A DNA stretch of 64,000 bases from Centroscyllium fabricii (Eukaryota): the NCBI GenBank assembly GCA_051313645.2, contig JBNRSN020000016.1:80104001-80168000 (forward strand). The letters run 5' to 3'. The position numbers and the translations under genes were made by a program. Below, piece by piece: positions 12,398 through 25,600 of this stretch. The first letter of the stretch is position 1; each line of letters starts with the position of its first letter. Below the pieces are notes generated by a model. That model was not told the origin of the DNA and ran no database searches. It saw only the letters and a program-made list of their open reading frames with translations.

Positions 12398-14559
12398 CAT
12401 AGAGTTATACAGCACAGAAAAAGGCCCTTTGGCCCATCATATCCGTGCCGGCCATCAAGCCCTGTCTATTCTAATCCCATTTTCCAGCACTTGGTCATAG
12501 CCTTTTATGCTATGGCGTTTCAAGTGCTCATCTAAATGCTTCCTGAATGTTGTGAGAGTTCCTGCCTCTACCACCCTTTCAGGCAGTGAGTTCAAGATTC
12601 CAACCACCCTCTGGGTGAAAAGGTTTTTCCTCAAATCCCCTCTAAACCTCCTGCCCCTTATCTTGCAGCTATGCCCCTCGGTTATTGACCCCTCTACTAA
12701 GGGGAAAAGTTCCTTTCTATTGACCCTATCTACGCCCCTCATAATTCTGTACACCTCAATCAGGTCCCCCCTCAGCCTTCTCTGCTCTAAGGAAAACAAC
12801 CCCAGCCTGTCCAGTCTCTCTTCATAGCTGAAGCGCACCAGCCCAGGTAACATCCTGGTGAATCTCCTCTGCACCCTCTCCAATGCAATCACATCCTTCC
12901 TATAGTGTGACGACCAGAACTGCACACAGTATTCCAGCTGCGGCCTAGCTAGCGTTTTGTACAGCTCCATCATAACCTCCCTGCTCTTATAGTCTATGCC
13001 TCAGCTAATGAAGGCAAGTATCCCATATGCCTTTTTAAACACCTTATCTACCTGTTCTGCTGCCTTCAGGGATCTATGTACAGGCACACAAAGGTCCCTC
13101 TGATCCTCTGTCCTTCCTAGGGTCCTACCATTCATTGTGTATTCCCTTGCCTTGTTAGTCCTCCCAAATTGCATCTCCTCACATTTTTCAGGGTTAAATT
13201 CCATTTGCCACTGTTCTGCCCATCGAACCATCCCGTCTATATTGTCCTGTAGCCTGAGGCTTCCCTCCTCGCTATTTACCACTCCACCAATTTTCGTGCC
13301 ATCTGTGAACTTACTGATCATACCTCCTACATTCATATCCAAATCATTAATGTACACTACAAACAGCAAAGGACCCAGCACCGATCCCTGCAGTACGCCA
13401 CTGGACACAGGCTTCCAGTCAAAAAACAACCTTCGACCATCACCCTCTGCCTCCTACCACTAAGCCAATTTTGAATCCAATGTGTCAAATTGCCCTAGAT
13501 CCCATGGGCTCTTACCTTCTTGACCAGTCTCCCATGTAGGACTTTGTCAAAAGCCTTATTGAAGCCCATGCAGATGACATCAACTGCACTACCCTCATCC
13601 ACACACCTAGTCACCTCCTCAAAAAATTCAATCAAATTGGTCAGACATGATCTCCCCCTGACAAAGACATGCTGACTATCCCTGATTAATCCTTGCCTCT
13701 CCAAGTGGAGACTAATTCTGTCCTTCAGAGATTTTTCCAATAATTTCCCTGCCACTGATGTTAGGCTCACTGGCCTGTAATTCCCTGGTTTATCCCTACT
13801 AACCTTCTTGAACAATGGTACTATGTTTAGCTGTTCTCCATGCCTCTGGCACCTTCCCTGTGGGCAAATTCTGAAAATTTGTGTACAAGCCCCTGCAATC
13901 TCCTCCCTTGCCTCACACAGCAGCCTGGGATACATTCCATCAGGGCCTGGGGATTTATCCACTTTTAAGGCTACTAAAACCGCTAGTATGTCCTCCCCCT
14001 CAATACTAATTTGGTCAAGTATATCACAATCCCCCTGCCTGATTACTATGCCTACATCACCCTTCTCCAAGTGAACACAGACGCAAAATATTCATTTAAA
14101 ACCTCACCTACATCATCCGGCTCTACACACAGATTGCCACTTTGGTCCCTAGCCTGTCCTACTCTTTCCCTGGTTATCCTCTTGCCCTTAATATACTGAT
14201 AAAACACCTTGGGATTTTCCTTTCATTTGCCCGCCAATGTTTTCTCATGCCCCCCTCTTTGCTCTCCTAATTTCTTTTTAAAGTACCCCCCTGCACTTTC
14301 TATACTCCTCTCGGGCTTCCACTGATTTTAGTCCTTTGTATCTGCCAAAAGCCTCCCTTTTTCCCCTAATCCATTCTTGTATATCCCTTGACATCCAGGG
14401 TTCCCTGGATTTGTTGGTCCCACCCTCGACCTTTACAGGAATATGTTGGCGTTGTATTCTCACTATTTCCTTTCTGAAAGACTCCCACTGCTCTGATGTG
14501 GATTTTCCAACAAGTAGCTGATCCCAGTCCACTTTGGCCAGATCCTGCCTTATCATATT

Positions 14560-15490
14560 GGGCCCTGTTTTCCTGTGCTCCGTTTGCTGCGGGTGCGCGC
14601 TCCTGCACACCCGCGGCGCACGTGCATGTTTTTTTGGGGTTTTTTTTCCCGGCGATTTCCTGTTAGATTTTCCATCTTCGTGGGCTGCGTAGGGTTCTGG
14701 CTGCTGCTGCTGCGTTCAGCTTTCTGCATGGGCTGTGACCAAGCCACGCCCACTGAGGTCCGCTTTTTCTGACCACGCCCCCACAGAACGCACAGAATCT
14801 AGCAGAAAGGAAAGGCTCGCTAGCAGCTGAAAAGATCTGTAAGTATGATTGCTTACTTTTGATCGTTTTCTGTGAATTTGTTTTTAAATGTTAACAGCTA
14901 GCTAATTTTTAGATTAGGAATCAAAAACCAGTGTTTAAAAAAGCAAAGGCTGCAAAACAGTTAAAAACCCGTTAAAAAAAACTTTAGAATCACTCAAATT
15001 TACCAGTTCAAACAACACACACAGTGAGAAGACAGCAGATAGTTTAATTTTTACAAAAACGGTCTTTAAAAAAGAAAAGGCAGCAAAACAGCTCAAAACC
15101 CGGTTTTTTTTCAATTAAAAAAAAAAATCACTTCCATTTAAAAGTTGAAACACCACACACACACATCACCAAAGGAATCAACAAAAAACTTACCTTTTAA
15201 AGCTTTTCAGAGTGTTTCTCCCATTCTGAACGCACTACAGCACCAGCAACGACTGATTCCTACATGGGCAGCTGGAGAGAGACTTGCACACGTAATTACA
15301 CACGCATTTTGACCAGTTCATACAGGAAATCGTCAGTGCAAGGTCTTCCTGTGTTGGAAGCTGAAGGTCCTTGCCCATCAGCACAGGAAATTGACGTTCG
15401 TGGGCATCCCCCGTGCTGCACACCCACGGGGCATTTCTGAACCACCTTCGTGAGTGTGCAGCTCCTCTGGAGCACAGGAAAACAGGGCCC
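14560..15490. mobile_element. PIF/Harbinger-type MITE
   Basis: Perfect 22-bp TIR GGGCCCTGTTTTCCTGTGCTCC (14560-14581 / 15469-15490). Flanks att/ctt. The CR1 is continuous across it. Confidence 0.88.
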
Positions 15491-15530
15491 CTTAAAATCG
15501 GCCTTCCCCCAATTTAGAACCTTTATTTCC

Positions 15531-16515
15531 TGTCACAGGGTGCCTGTCCCTTTAAGATTTCAAAGACAGCTTGGTTGTGTGCTCACAGCTGAATTGAGGA
15601 CTTGTTCCCCTGTTATTCTATTAATCTTATCTATTATCTGTTTCACTTGCCTGTGTGTCCCTGTTCTCATTGCCTGCAGCTTATTGGCTAACACCAAATG
15701 ATCTGTTTGCCGGTTTGGTTCATAAGCTGGAGGTAGTGATGAGGCAGGTGCGGGATCATTGAATTAGCTACTTTCACTGGATTGGATTGACTTTCTTCAT
15801 ACTGCTGGAGGAGTTGGTTTCTGTGCTGAGCTGCTTGAGAGGCAATGGGGTTTGGAGCTCATATCACTCAGCCTTGACATTGCACTCTGCTATTCTGCAG
15901 CTCAGGCTTGGACATTCATCTGTCGAGTAAGGGCGTCCCCCTGCTAGTGGATCAGGTATTCTCTTCCTCAGAAGACTCCGTGGGAGTGAGTCTCGACCGC
16001 AGGGCGGACTCGGAAGAGATTCCGAATCTACTCCTTGGACATTTGGTCATTATCAACCGAACTCGGGTTTGGACGTTGTTGTTGGGTATGCGAGGAGTCC
16101 CAAGGATTCTGGATGGTAGTCTCTTCCTCAGAAGACTCAGTGGAGTGAGTCTCGACCGCAGGGCGGACTCGGAAGAGATCCAGTATTGCACCCACCTGGA
16201 CATGTATTCCTCTGGTCAATGATGCGCTTGGCTGCGTAGCATTCCTCTACTCTATTCCACACAACTTTGGAAAGTATTGTACCAGTTCCGAATGGAACTT
16301 GATTTCTATTTCTATCTTGTTATTTTGTAACTGTATGAAGCTTGTGCCAGTCTTCAGCAAAGGCTTGTTTAGATGTTTAATAGATTTGTGTATGTGTGAA
16401 TGCAATTTATGAGGGTTTTGTTATATATATATATTAAAGGAGTTTTGCTTTAGAAAGACGTTTCAGTGTCTCTGCATTTGGGCCCCACCACAATCCGTTA
16501 CAGCATCCCGTTACA
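15531..16515. mobile_element. Solo LTR (985 bp), family undetermined
   Basis: TGTCAC...GTTACA termini, perfect 6-bp TSD ATTTCC (15525-15530 / 16516-16521), ATTAAA at about 16433, about 60-bp internal direct repeat (15961-16020 / 16121-16179). Confidence 0.8.
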
Positions 16516-17884
16516 ATTTCCGGTCCATCTTTGTCCTTTTCCATGACTACCTTAAATCTCACCAAATTATGGTCACTGTCACCAAAATGCTCTCCTACTG
16601 ACACTTCTACCACTTGCCTGGCTACATTCCCTAGAATGAGGTCCAGTACCGCCCCCTCTCTTGTAGGACTTTCTACTTGCTGGCTCAAAAAGCTCTCCAG
16701 GACGCACTTTAAGAATTCTGCACCCTCTGAGCCTTTCACACTCTGACTATCCCAGTTAATATTGGGGAAGTTGAAATCCCCTACTATTATTACCCTATTA
16801 TTTCTACACTTTTCTGAGATATTAGGACAGGTAACCAAAAGAGCTCACTTGATGGCGATTGGGAGCCAGAATCCTGGCTGATGATCCCCTCCCGAGATTA
16901 TTTGTAATATTTTGGGTTTCAAACACAAACTATTTGATGTTCTGTGGTGCTGCTCACAGAAAAAAATACTTTTGTTCCCTGTATCTGTCTGAAATTCATT
17001 CTCTCTCTTTCTATATGTGACTCTTTTTCGGTATGACTGTCATATACTTTCATTGTCACCTCCCAACCTCTGTTTGAGTCCAACATGTTTTCACCCACTT
17101 TCTGTAAGTCTGTCTTTCCCTCTGTCTCTTCTCTCTTTTGTACGTCCTCTCACTGATTCTGTATGGATTCTATAGATGTTTTTTACTGATTTACTGAATT
17201 TGTTCCTTTTACCATTTTTAAAGGCTGGGGTAAAATAAGAGCCAAAGTATATAGTTGGTTGGAAATAAAGATCTGGGCCAGGCAGCTACTGGCAGAGACA
17301 AGTTAGGGCCAGGTTGTTAGGCAGGTGCTGCAATATACACATGGACCAGTGAAACAGTGCGTTGGAGCCTGGATTCAGAGGAAGCAGGGGTTATTGGGTT
17401 CTGGGGTTCTGGAATCAGAGAAGTGCCTCTACCTTGGAAACTGTGGCCCTGAAGGTACTGGCACATGTGGGAGAGAAGGAAACTGGGAACATGGGCCTGA
17501 CCAGGAGCAGGCGTCTCAGGTCTGGAGTCAGGACACGATAGATTTTGAATTTGGGACAGGGATGAAGTGAGTCCCAGGGCTAAAGGGAGCAGGCTGGTCC
17601 TAGAGCTTGAAAGCTGCAGCAGGACATGAGGCCCAACGTTGGTGGAAAGAGAATGTGCAGCAGGGCCCAAAGCTGGAATGGGGAGAGAGTACAGCAAGGT
17701 CCCAGGAAGAATGTTGAAGTAGGGAGGGAGCAGAGTAAGGCCTGAGGTCAAATATGGAAGGAAGCTGGGGAAGGGGCAGCTTTTGCGACATTAACCTATT
17801 TGTATTTGAGGGTCCAGGAAGCATTCTAGTTGAGGACATAGCGGGGGTGCTATGGGTCTGCAGCGTAAGCTTTAGGAGTGTCTA

Positions 17885-18145
17885 TGTGATAAACGTGTAT
17901 ATCACTGTATATAGCTAATCACCATGTAACCCATACCTGTAATGTATTCCACTGTGATACCTGGAACATACCTGGCTCCGCCCACGACTCCTCCCCCGCT
18001 GGAGGAGGTATATAAGTGACTGCCCCCATCCCCCATGTCATTCTAGGGGACAGTCAGCTTGCTGGTGTGCAATCTTACTGTAGTCAATAAAAGCCTGATT
18101 GTTCTAATCTACTACACGACTCCGTGGACGTTATTGAAGGTTACA
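17885..18145 (+). mobile_element. Solo LTR of the Mag-like family seen at A-D
   Basis: TG...CA, 5-bp TSD GTCTA (17880-17884 / 18146-18150), TATA box GGTATATAAG and the family motif AATAAAAGCC. 261 bp. Confidence 0.88.
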
Positions 18146-19867
18146 GTCTACAGACTCAGTTAGTATCTGAACCAGCAGCTTTTCCACTTTGATATTTAGA
18201 AGCAACAGGAACAGTGCTCGGCAAATCAGTTTATCTGCTGTTCTTGAAGCTGACCAAACGTCTCAACCCATTAACACTTATGACCCCATTCTGGAGCTGA
18301 AGCACTGAGACCGGCTTCAGTGGAAGGAATGCTTAAAGCTGGAGTGAGGCATGAACTTGCCGCAATAATCCATCACTCAAAAAGTGAAAGGTTGTGGCAG
18401 GAATTGCTATGATTTTCCCTCATTTCTTGTGGAGAGATTGGGATTAGTGTGGATATATATTGATATTCTCTGTCGCTGCATCCAATTGTTTAGACGGTTG
18501 TCACGGTGATGTGGTGACAATCCCCCCTCCCTGTAGTTCATGGCAGTACTCTTCGAACTCTCCCCTCAGTTCAAGCTGTCAGAGGTGCAATGGCATTTTT
18601 TGCGCTTTTCGCTCCTTCCCACTCACTTCATGCTGCCACCCTTCCTCCTTCTCTTCCCTCAATTCAGGCTGGTTTTCTGCTCCCCCTCTCCCCAGTTCAT
18701 ACTGGTACCTTCCTCCCTTACTTCATGGCGGCCTTCCTCCCCCTCACTGCTCTGTTAATGCTCCTCCTCCCTCAGTTCTTGCAGACACCCTTCTCCCCTC
18801 CCCGCTGCTTTGTACAAAAGAATGACACAGATTACTTTGCTTGCTGATTTTTCCCCTTCCATTCGTACACCCATCTCTCTGGGGAAATCTCCTGCCTGCC
18901 GCTTACTAATTCCTGCAGACTAACAGGAACTTATCCTGTATGAAATCGCTGCTGTTCCTAGCTTCTCTCTGATGATGCTGTTGCCCCAGGGGATGAAACT
19001 CTGCTGTGGGCAAGAATTTCCAATCTAGTAAAGCTAATTGTGAACATTTCCGGCCATGGCATAACTACGGTGGAAGAGCCGCAGAATCCCCAGAAAAATA
19101 ACGTCAACGCAGTTTCCATGGCTCTTCACAGAAGTTACAGTGGATGAGCAGGAGAACATCCTGTGGAAATTCACTCCTAAATGTTTAAGAACTGATGTAA
19201 ATCCCATCTAAAAAGGTCAAGTGCTAGTAGCACTCAATTCTCCGATGTAACTCATTTGTATTATATGCACAGCACCAAGTGCAGATGCAGATGGGCCCAG
19301 GAAGCACACAACTGGTGGAAGAGGAAAATTGCGTGAGTGAAATTTAAAGAGATGATGGCCAATGAAAGCCGAGTGTCACAACAGGGGGACAACAATTCTC
19401 ACCACATTAGCTGCCTTTCCCAAGGTTGAAGCAGGATTAAAAAGTGGCAAGCAAAAATAAAGAGGGATATCCTAAATGAAGCAGGAGTCTGCAGACAAGT
19501 GACGGATCAGCCCAGCATTCAACACCCTCATTGATGACTGCTGAAGTCAAATGGCTTTGCACGAGGTGCTTGTGAGGAGAGTAGCCCTCTAGCAGTCTAC
19601 AATACCATCCCTAAATGTCAGCATTGCAGTATGCCTGCAAGGAGTTAGAGCCACGTTTCAGGCCACAGCTGATCATGACTGTTCCTGCATGTGCCAGCTC
19701 TATGTTGCATGATAGCCCCAGGACCTCTTGCACAGCTCAGCATCTATCTCTCTGCTGCCCCACACTGTCAGAAAATTGGTCCCCATGATCATTGGCAGGT
19801 AGATGTACCAGAACCTGTAGAAATAGTTGGTGGCATCTTTGCAGGTATAGCCAAACAGGCAACACTG

Positions 19868-20034
19868 GACGACATAGTGGCGCAGTGTTTAGCACTGCTG
19901 CCTCGCAATTAAGAGCTCCTGGGTTCGAATCCTGCTTGGCCCGGGACCTCTCTGTGTGGAGTTTGCATGTTCTCCCTGTGTTCGTGTGGGTTTCCTCCAG
20001 GTACTCCGGTTTCCTCCCACCACCCAAAGACATG
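19868..20034 (+). mobile_element. HE1-like tRNA SINE, 5' part (3' part at 39161-39378), target of element A
   Basis: A-box TGGCGCAGTG and B-box GGTTCGAATCC. It continues after element A and ends in a CR1-like TTCTGTG tail. Confidence 0.8.
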
Positions 20035-20322
20035 TGTGGTAATCATATTACCAGTGTACATAGTTGGGTTACACCACAGACCAGTGTGTATAGTGGCTTG
20101 GTGTATTGTATGGGGTATTGTGTATAAGAACACTGTTGTGAGGTCAGGTCAGCCACACCTCTAACTCCTCCCCTCAGGTGAGAGCCTTACAGGTGAGGTC
20201 TGCCCTGCCCCCAGTCATTCTGTACTCGATGTTCAACTGGAGACTAGCGCCATCTTTAAGTTATTAAAAGCCTATAGTTAAGGTAACTACGGTACGTCAA
20301 TTTTAATAACTTAATTTTTCAA

Positions 20323-22406
20323 ATGGAGAGCAGCGCTGTGAAACCCGAAAATTGGATATTAACCCCCAAGAACCAGACGCAGCCAACACTTTTGAACATT
20401 GGTTCAGCCTTGTTGAGGTATACATGGCAGCCGCTAAGGCGACGACCGACGGGGACAAACTACACGTCCTCTCGTCCAGAATCAGCAGCCGGGTGTACTC
20501 CTTCATCCGCGGCATCACAACGTACCCAGAGGCCGTGGAGAAACTGAAGGAATGCTACGTGCGCCCGGTCCACTCGGTCTATGCCAGAGTCTATGCCTCA
20601 CCCGGGCCTGTGACTGCCAGCCACGAACGGCGCAGGAGGAGACGAATCTCCTCGTTCGAGATGCCTACGTGACTGGAATTAGGTCCAACCAGGCCCGCCA
20701 GCGGTTGCTGGAAAAAGACACTATCACTGGAGGAGGCGATCTCCATCTGGATGGAGCACGCCACATGCTAGAGGCGTATGGCGGCCAAGGCCCACACGAC
20801 ACCCTCGATCCCTGGGCGGCCCCACGACAGGTCGAGAACCTCACAATGGCAGCGGCAGCTGCGAAGACGCCGTCTGATCGGAAATGCTACTTCTGCGTCC
20901 AGGGACAGCATCCGCGAGCAAAATGCCCCGCGAAGAACGCGACCTGTGAGAGATGTGGCAAGAAAGGACACTACGCCAGGGCCTGCAAATCGGCCCCAGC
21001 GCCCAGCTCCAGACACAACAGCGTGGCCTGCGAGAGTTCCAACGCCATCCCATGGCCTAAGGTAAGCTGCTGTTGCAGCGCGACCCAGCAGCGGTCCGGG
21101 GGTAGATCACAGGCACCCCCGTCTCCCATCCCTGTACGGCAGAGGCCGGCCGCGCACACGGCACGGGCACCACCACGCCAAAGACGGCCGCAGCCAGCCA
21201 TGGGCGACCCACCAATGCCGGCACCTCGCCCAGCGCGGTTCGCTGCGTGCGAATCACGGGCTCCGCCACCTCGGCCACCGCGGTCCACTGCGTGCGAACC
21301 ACGGGCACCGCCATCTCATCCACCGCGGTCCGCTGCGTGCAAATCACGGGCGCCGCCACCGCGGTCCGCCGCGTGTGAACCACGGGCACCGCCATCTCGT
21401 CCACCGCGGTCCGCCGCGTGCAAATCATGAGCGCCGCCATCTTGTCTTCAGCGGCCAGCCATATGCGACTCCCCGGCGCCGCCATCTTGTCTTCAGCGGC
21501 CAGCCATGTGCGACCCCCCGGTGCCGCCAACTTGTCCACCGCGGTCGGCCGCGTGCGAACCATGGGCGCCGCCATCTTGTGCACGGCCCCAGTTAGCGGA
21601 GGGCCCCCACACACACACACACACTTCGGCCTCAGCCATTGTCGACCAGGCTAGGCCGCACACCCTATCAAATTCCATGATGGGGATTAAAGTTGACGGT
21701 CACATCACAAACTGCCTCTTTGACACTGGAAGCACAGAGAGCTTCATTCACCCCGACACAGTGCGGCGCTACGCACTGCGGACCCTGCCCACGCACTACC
21801 AAATCTCCCTTGCTTCAAAGTCCCACACGGCGGACGTCACCGGCTACTGCTCTGACACGCTCACGGTCAGGGACTGCGTGTACCGTAATTTTAAACTGTA
21901 CATCCTCCAACAGTTGTGCGCCCCAGTCTTACTGGGACTGGATTTCCAGTGCCACCTGAAGAGCGTGACAATGGAGTTCGGCGGGACCCTGGCCCCCCTC
22001 GCCGTCAGTAGCCGGGACAATCCCTTCCTAAAGTGGAGCCCGACTTGCGGCCTATCCACCCTGAAAGTCGACCCCCCTTCGCTGTTCACCAACCTCGACC
22101 CCAACTGCAAACCCATTGCTACCAAGAGTTGGCGTTACAGTGCGGGGGACCGGGCATTTATCAGGTCGGAAGTCGGGCGTATGCTGCAGGAGGGGATAAT
22201 TGAGGCCAGCACCAGCCCCTGGCGGGCCCAGGTTGTAGTGGTTAAGATCGGCGAGAAACTGCGGATGGTGATCGATTACAGCCAGACTATTAACCGCTAC
22301 ACCGGGCTCGACGCCTACGCCTACCCCCTCCCCCGCATCTCGGACATGGTTAACCAGATCGCCCAGTATAAGGTTTTTTCAACAATCGACCTTAAGTCGG
22401 CGTATC
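20323..22406 (+). pseudogene. Element A gag, protease and start of RT
   Basis: Two Zn knuckles (CYFC..H...C; CERCGKKGHYARAC), LFDTGS protease, SPW..RMVIDY, IDLKSAY. Contains frameshifts and stops. Confidence 0.9.
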
Positions 22407-22636
22407 TGTGACCGAAATAACGACCTCGTGGACGAGTAGTTAGAAGGGTGAAACAAGACGGCTTTTATTCGCTAAATGGTGGACATGCACCAGCTGGTCG
22501 ACCGTCCCCAGGAATGGCTGGGGGATGGGAGACGGCCGCTTATATACCTCCTCCTGGGAGGGAGGAGTCGCGGGCGGAGCCAGCATGGGCATGTCCAGGT
22601 AATCGCACAACAGGTTATGTACAACATGAATATAGG

Positions 22637-25600
22637 TGTGCGACACGCCCACCAGGACCATCGAATCCGCCTCGGGAGTACTGCGAGACGGCCCCGCCCG
22701 CCGGGCGGCGTGATGACGTCACCGCGACTTCCGGCGTGATGACGTCGCCAGGTGGACACCCGGCAGTGACGTCACCAACCGCGGGTCCTTTAAATACCTT
22801 GGTTCCAGGTGGCTCACTCTCTTTCGCTACCTGGCCATAGCTGAGTTAATATTAAATGATTGTTTTCCGAATCTTCTGTGTCCAGCGTGGTTCTTCAGAC
22901 CTGCATGACTCTACAGTGGTGACCTCGATACTTGGAACGAATTCCAAGGGAACAATGAAGCAGTTGCTGCAGGACTGAGGGCCAAGCTGCCTCAGTTGAA
23001 TCACAACCACCATGCCAGCAGGGAGCGAAACTGCACGACTCCACAGACGGGGCCAGAACTACGGCCAAATCCCAAACTTACCAGAGTTCTGGGAACTCCG
23101 TCCAGCGGCCTGGTTCCTCAACACAGAGAACACCTACCGCATCCATGGCGTACAGGGGGACGATCGATACAGCCTGCTCTTCGCGGCCCTTTCACAGCCC
23201 ACGATCGACCGAATGTGGTCATCGATACAGCACGAACCAACTGCTGGCAGGTATGAAACGCGTAAGGCCGTGCTGCTACAAAAATTCACCCCCACCCAAT
23301 TTGAGCACGACTGCCAGCTCATTAACCTCCCCGAACTCGGGGACGCAGACCCATCAGACCTCTGGGCCCAAATGGAAGCGCTCAATTGCGACCCGGCCAC
23401 CATTAAACGCGCCTTGTTCCTCCTTAAACTGCCCCCCCTCCGTCAGACCGGCTCTGACGGTCCTTGAGCACTATACCAAGGAGCAACTGGCTCAGGAGGC
23501 CGACAAGCTGATGAGGGCCGAGCGCACCCGAGCCGCCACATGCCAACCCACCGCCGCTCCACCGGAGCAGTACTACGTGCACCCCAGGCCCGGCCCCAGG
23601 TCCCAACCCAGACCAGTGCGGACCCATAAAAAGCCACGCACCACAGGCCCCGGCTGGTGCTACTACCACACCAGGTTTGAAGCTAAAGCGCAGCGCTGCG
23701 TCCAGCCCTGTACCTTCAAACCCCAAACCAGCCCAAGCCCCACCATGTCCGTAGGCCGCTCTGGAGCACTGCTCTTCATCACGGACAGTGGCTCAGGCCT
23801 CCGCTTCCTCTGCGACACAGGCGCGCAGCACAGCATCGTGCCAGCGTCCCCCGCAGAAACCAAGCAAGGCACCCAAGGCCCACCACTTGAAGCCGCAAAC
23901 GGCTCCGAGATAGTTATGTTCGGCACCCGCCAGCTTACCATCAAGCTAGCAGGCCACACGTACAAGTGGGATTTCATCACAGCCCAAGTCAAAATACCCC
24001 TACTCGGGGCCGACTTTCTGTGCGCCCACGGCCTCCTGGTCGACGTTACCCGACGCCGCCTGGTCGACATCCACAACATGTCGACCATCCCATGCTCCAC
24101 AGGGCCGGCACACCAGACCCACGCAGCGGCCCACTGCCGAGCCCGGAACTCCGACACGTACGCCACGCTGCTCGCGGAGTTCCCAGCCCTAACCAACCCC
24201 ACCTTCACAGCCCGCACGGCCAAGCACGGGGTGGAGCACCACATCACCACCACAGGCCCCCCAGTCCATGCCCACGCATGCAGGCTGGACCCGGCCAAGC
24301 TGGAGATCGCGCGCACCGAGTTCCACATCATGGAACAACTCGGCATAATCCGCCGCTCCAGCAGCACCTGGGCCTCCCCCCTCCACATTGCCCCCAAACC
24401 CGGCGGTGGCTGGCGCCCCTGCGGAGACTACCGCCGCCTCAACAACGCCACCACCCCAGACAGGTGCCCCGTACCCCACATCCAAGATTTCTCAGCAAGG
24501 CTAGCCGGCTGCACGGTCTTTTCCAAGATCGACCTGGTACGGGGCTACCACCAGGTACCAGTGCACCCAGCGGACGTCCCTAAGACAGCCGTCATTACCC
24601 CATTTGGATTATTTGAATTCCTCCGAATGCCCTTCGGACTCAAAAACGTGGGCCAGGCCTTCCAACGCCTCATGGACTCAGTCCTGCGGGACTTGCAGTT
24701 CACGTTCGTCTACCTGGACGACATCCTCGTGGCCAGCACCTCCCCCCAGGAACACCTCCTCCATCTCAGGGCCCTTTTCAACTGCCTGGCCGAACACGGC
24801 CTTATATTAAGCCCCTCCAAAAGTCGATTCGGCCTCGAGACGATCGACTTCCTCGGCCACCACATCTCCCAGACCGGGGCCATACCCCTGCCCTCCAAGG
24901 TGCAGGCGGTCCAGGAATTCCCCCGCCCGCACTCCATCAAGGGGCTGCAGGAATTCCTCGGGATGGTTAACTTCTATAACCGCTTCATCCCAGGAGCAGC
25001 CGCTCTCATGGCACCCCTCTATCAGGCCACCCGCGGGCAGTCCAACAAGGCTGCGGTCGAGTGGACGGCCGAAGCCTCCACCGCCTTTACCGCAACCAAA
25101 ACCGCCCTGACTAACGCCACGCTCCTCAGCCACCCTAGGCCCAACGCCAGAGTAGCCCTCACCACCGACGCCTCCGACCGCGCCGTCGGAGCAGTCTTTG
25201 AACAGTGGACAGGCAACTCCTGGCAACCCCTGGCCTTTTTCAGCCGACAACTCCGGCTCCCGGAGGTCAAGTACAGTGCCTTCGATAGGGAGCTACTCGC
25301 TCTCTACCTCGCAGTGCGTCACTTCCGCTTCCTCCTAGAGGGCCGCCACTTTACAGCCTTCGTGGATCACAAGCCACTTGTGTCTGCAATGGCTAAGATC
25401 TCTGAACCCTGGTCGGCCAGGCAGCAGCGCCAGCTCGCGGCTGTGTCGGAGTTTACCACCGACATACAGCACATCGCCGGCCGCGACAACGTGGTTGCTG
25501 ACTGCCTCTCACGCCCCACCATCAACTCCGTTCAAACGGCCGTCGACTACGCCAAAATGGCGGCCGACCAACTGACCGACCCCGATCTGCTTGACCCAGC

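Larger units (their letters stand above)
12398..16825 (-). mobile_element. CR1 LINE (ORF2 APE-RT-3' end), frameshifted, interrupted at 14560-15490 and 15531-16515
   Basis: ORFs 12455-12973, 13001-13429 (QGSVLGP, FTDG), 13495-14070 (KSPGPDG, NYRPVSLT) and 16434-16838 (GDFN, LDL, SDH). Confidence 0.92.

Noticed and set aside
19868-19940. tRNA gene
   Set aside because: A and B boxes are present but they lead into a SINE body with a CR1 tail, and I could not fold a cloverleaf.
21428-21430. Stops and frameshifts between gag and pol in A, C and D as programmed recoding
   Set aside because: Positions differ between copies, they fit CpG decay or homopolymer indels, and B reads through in one frame.
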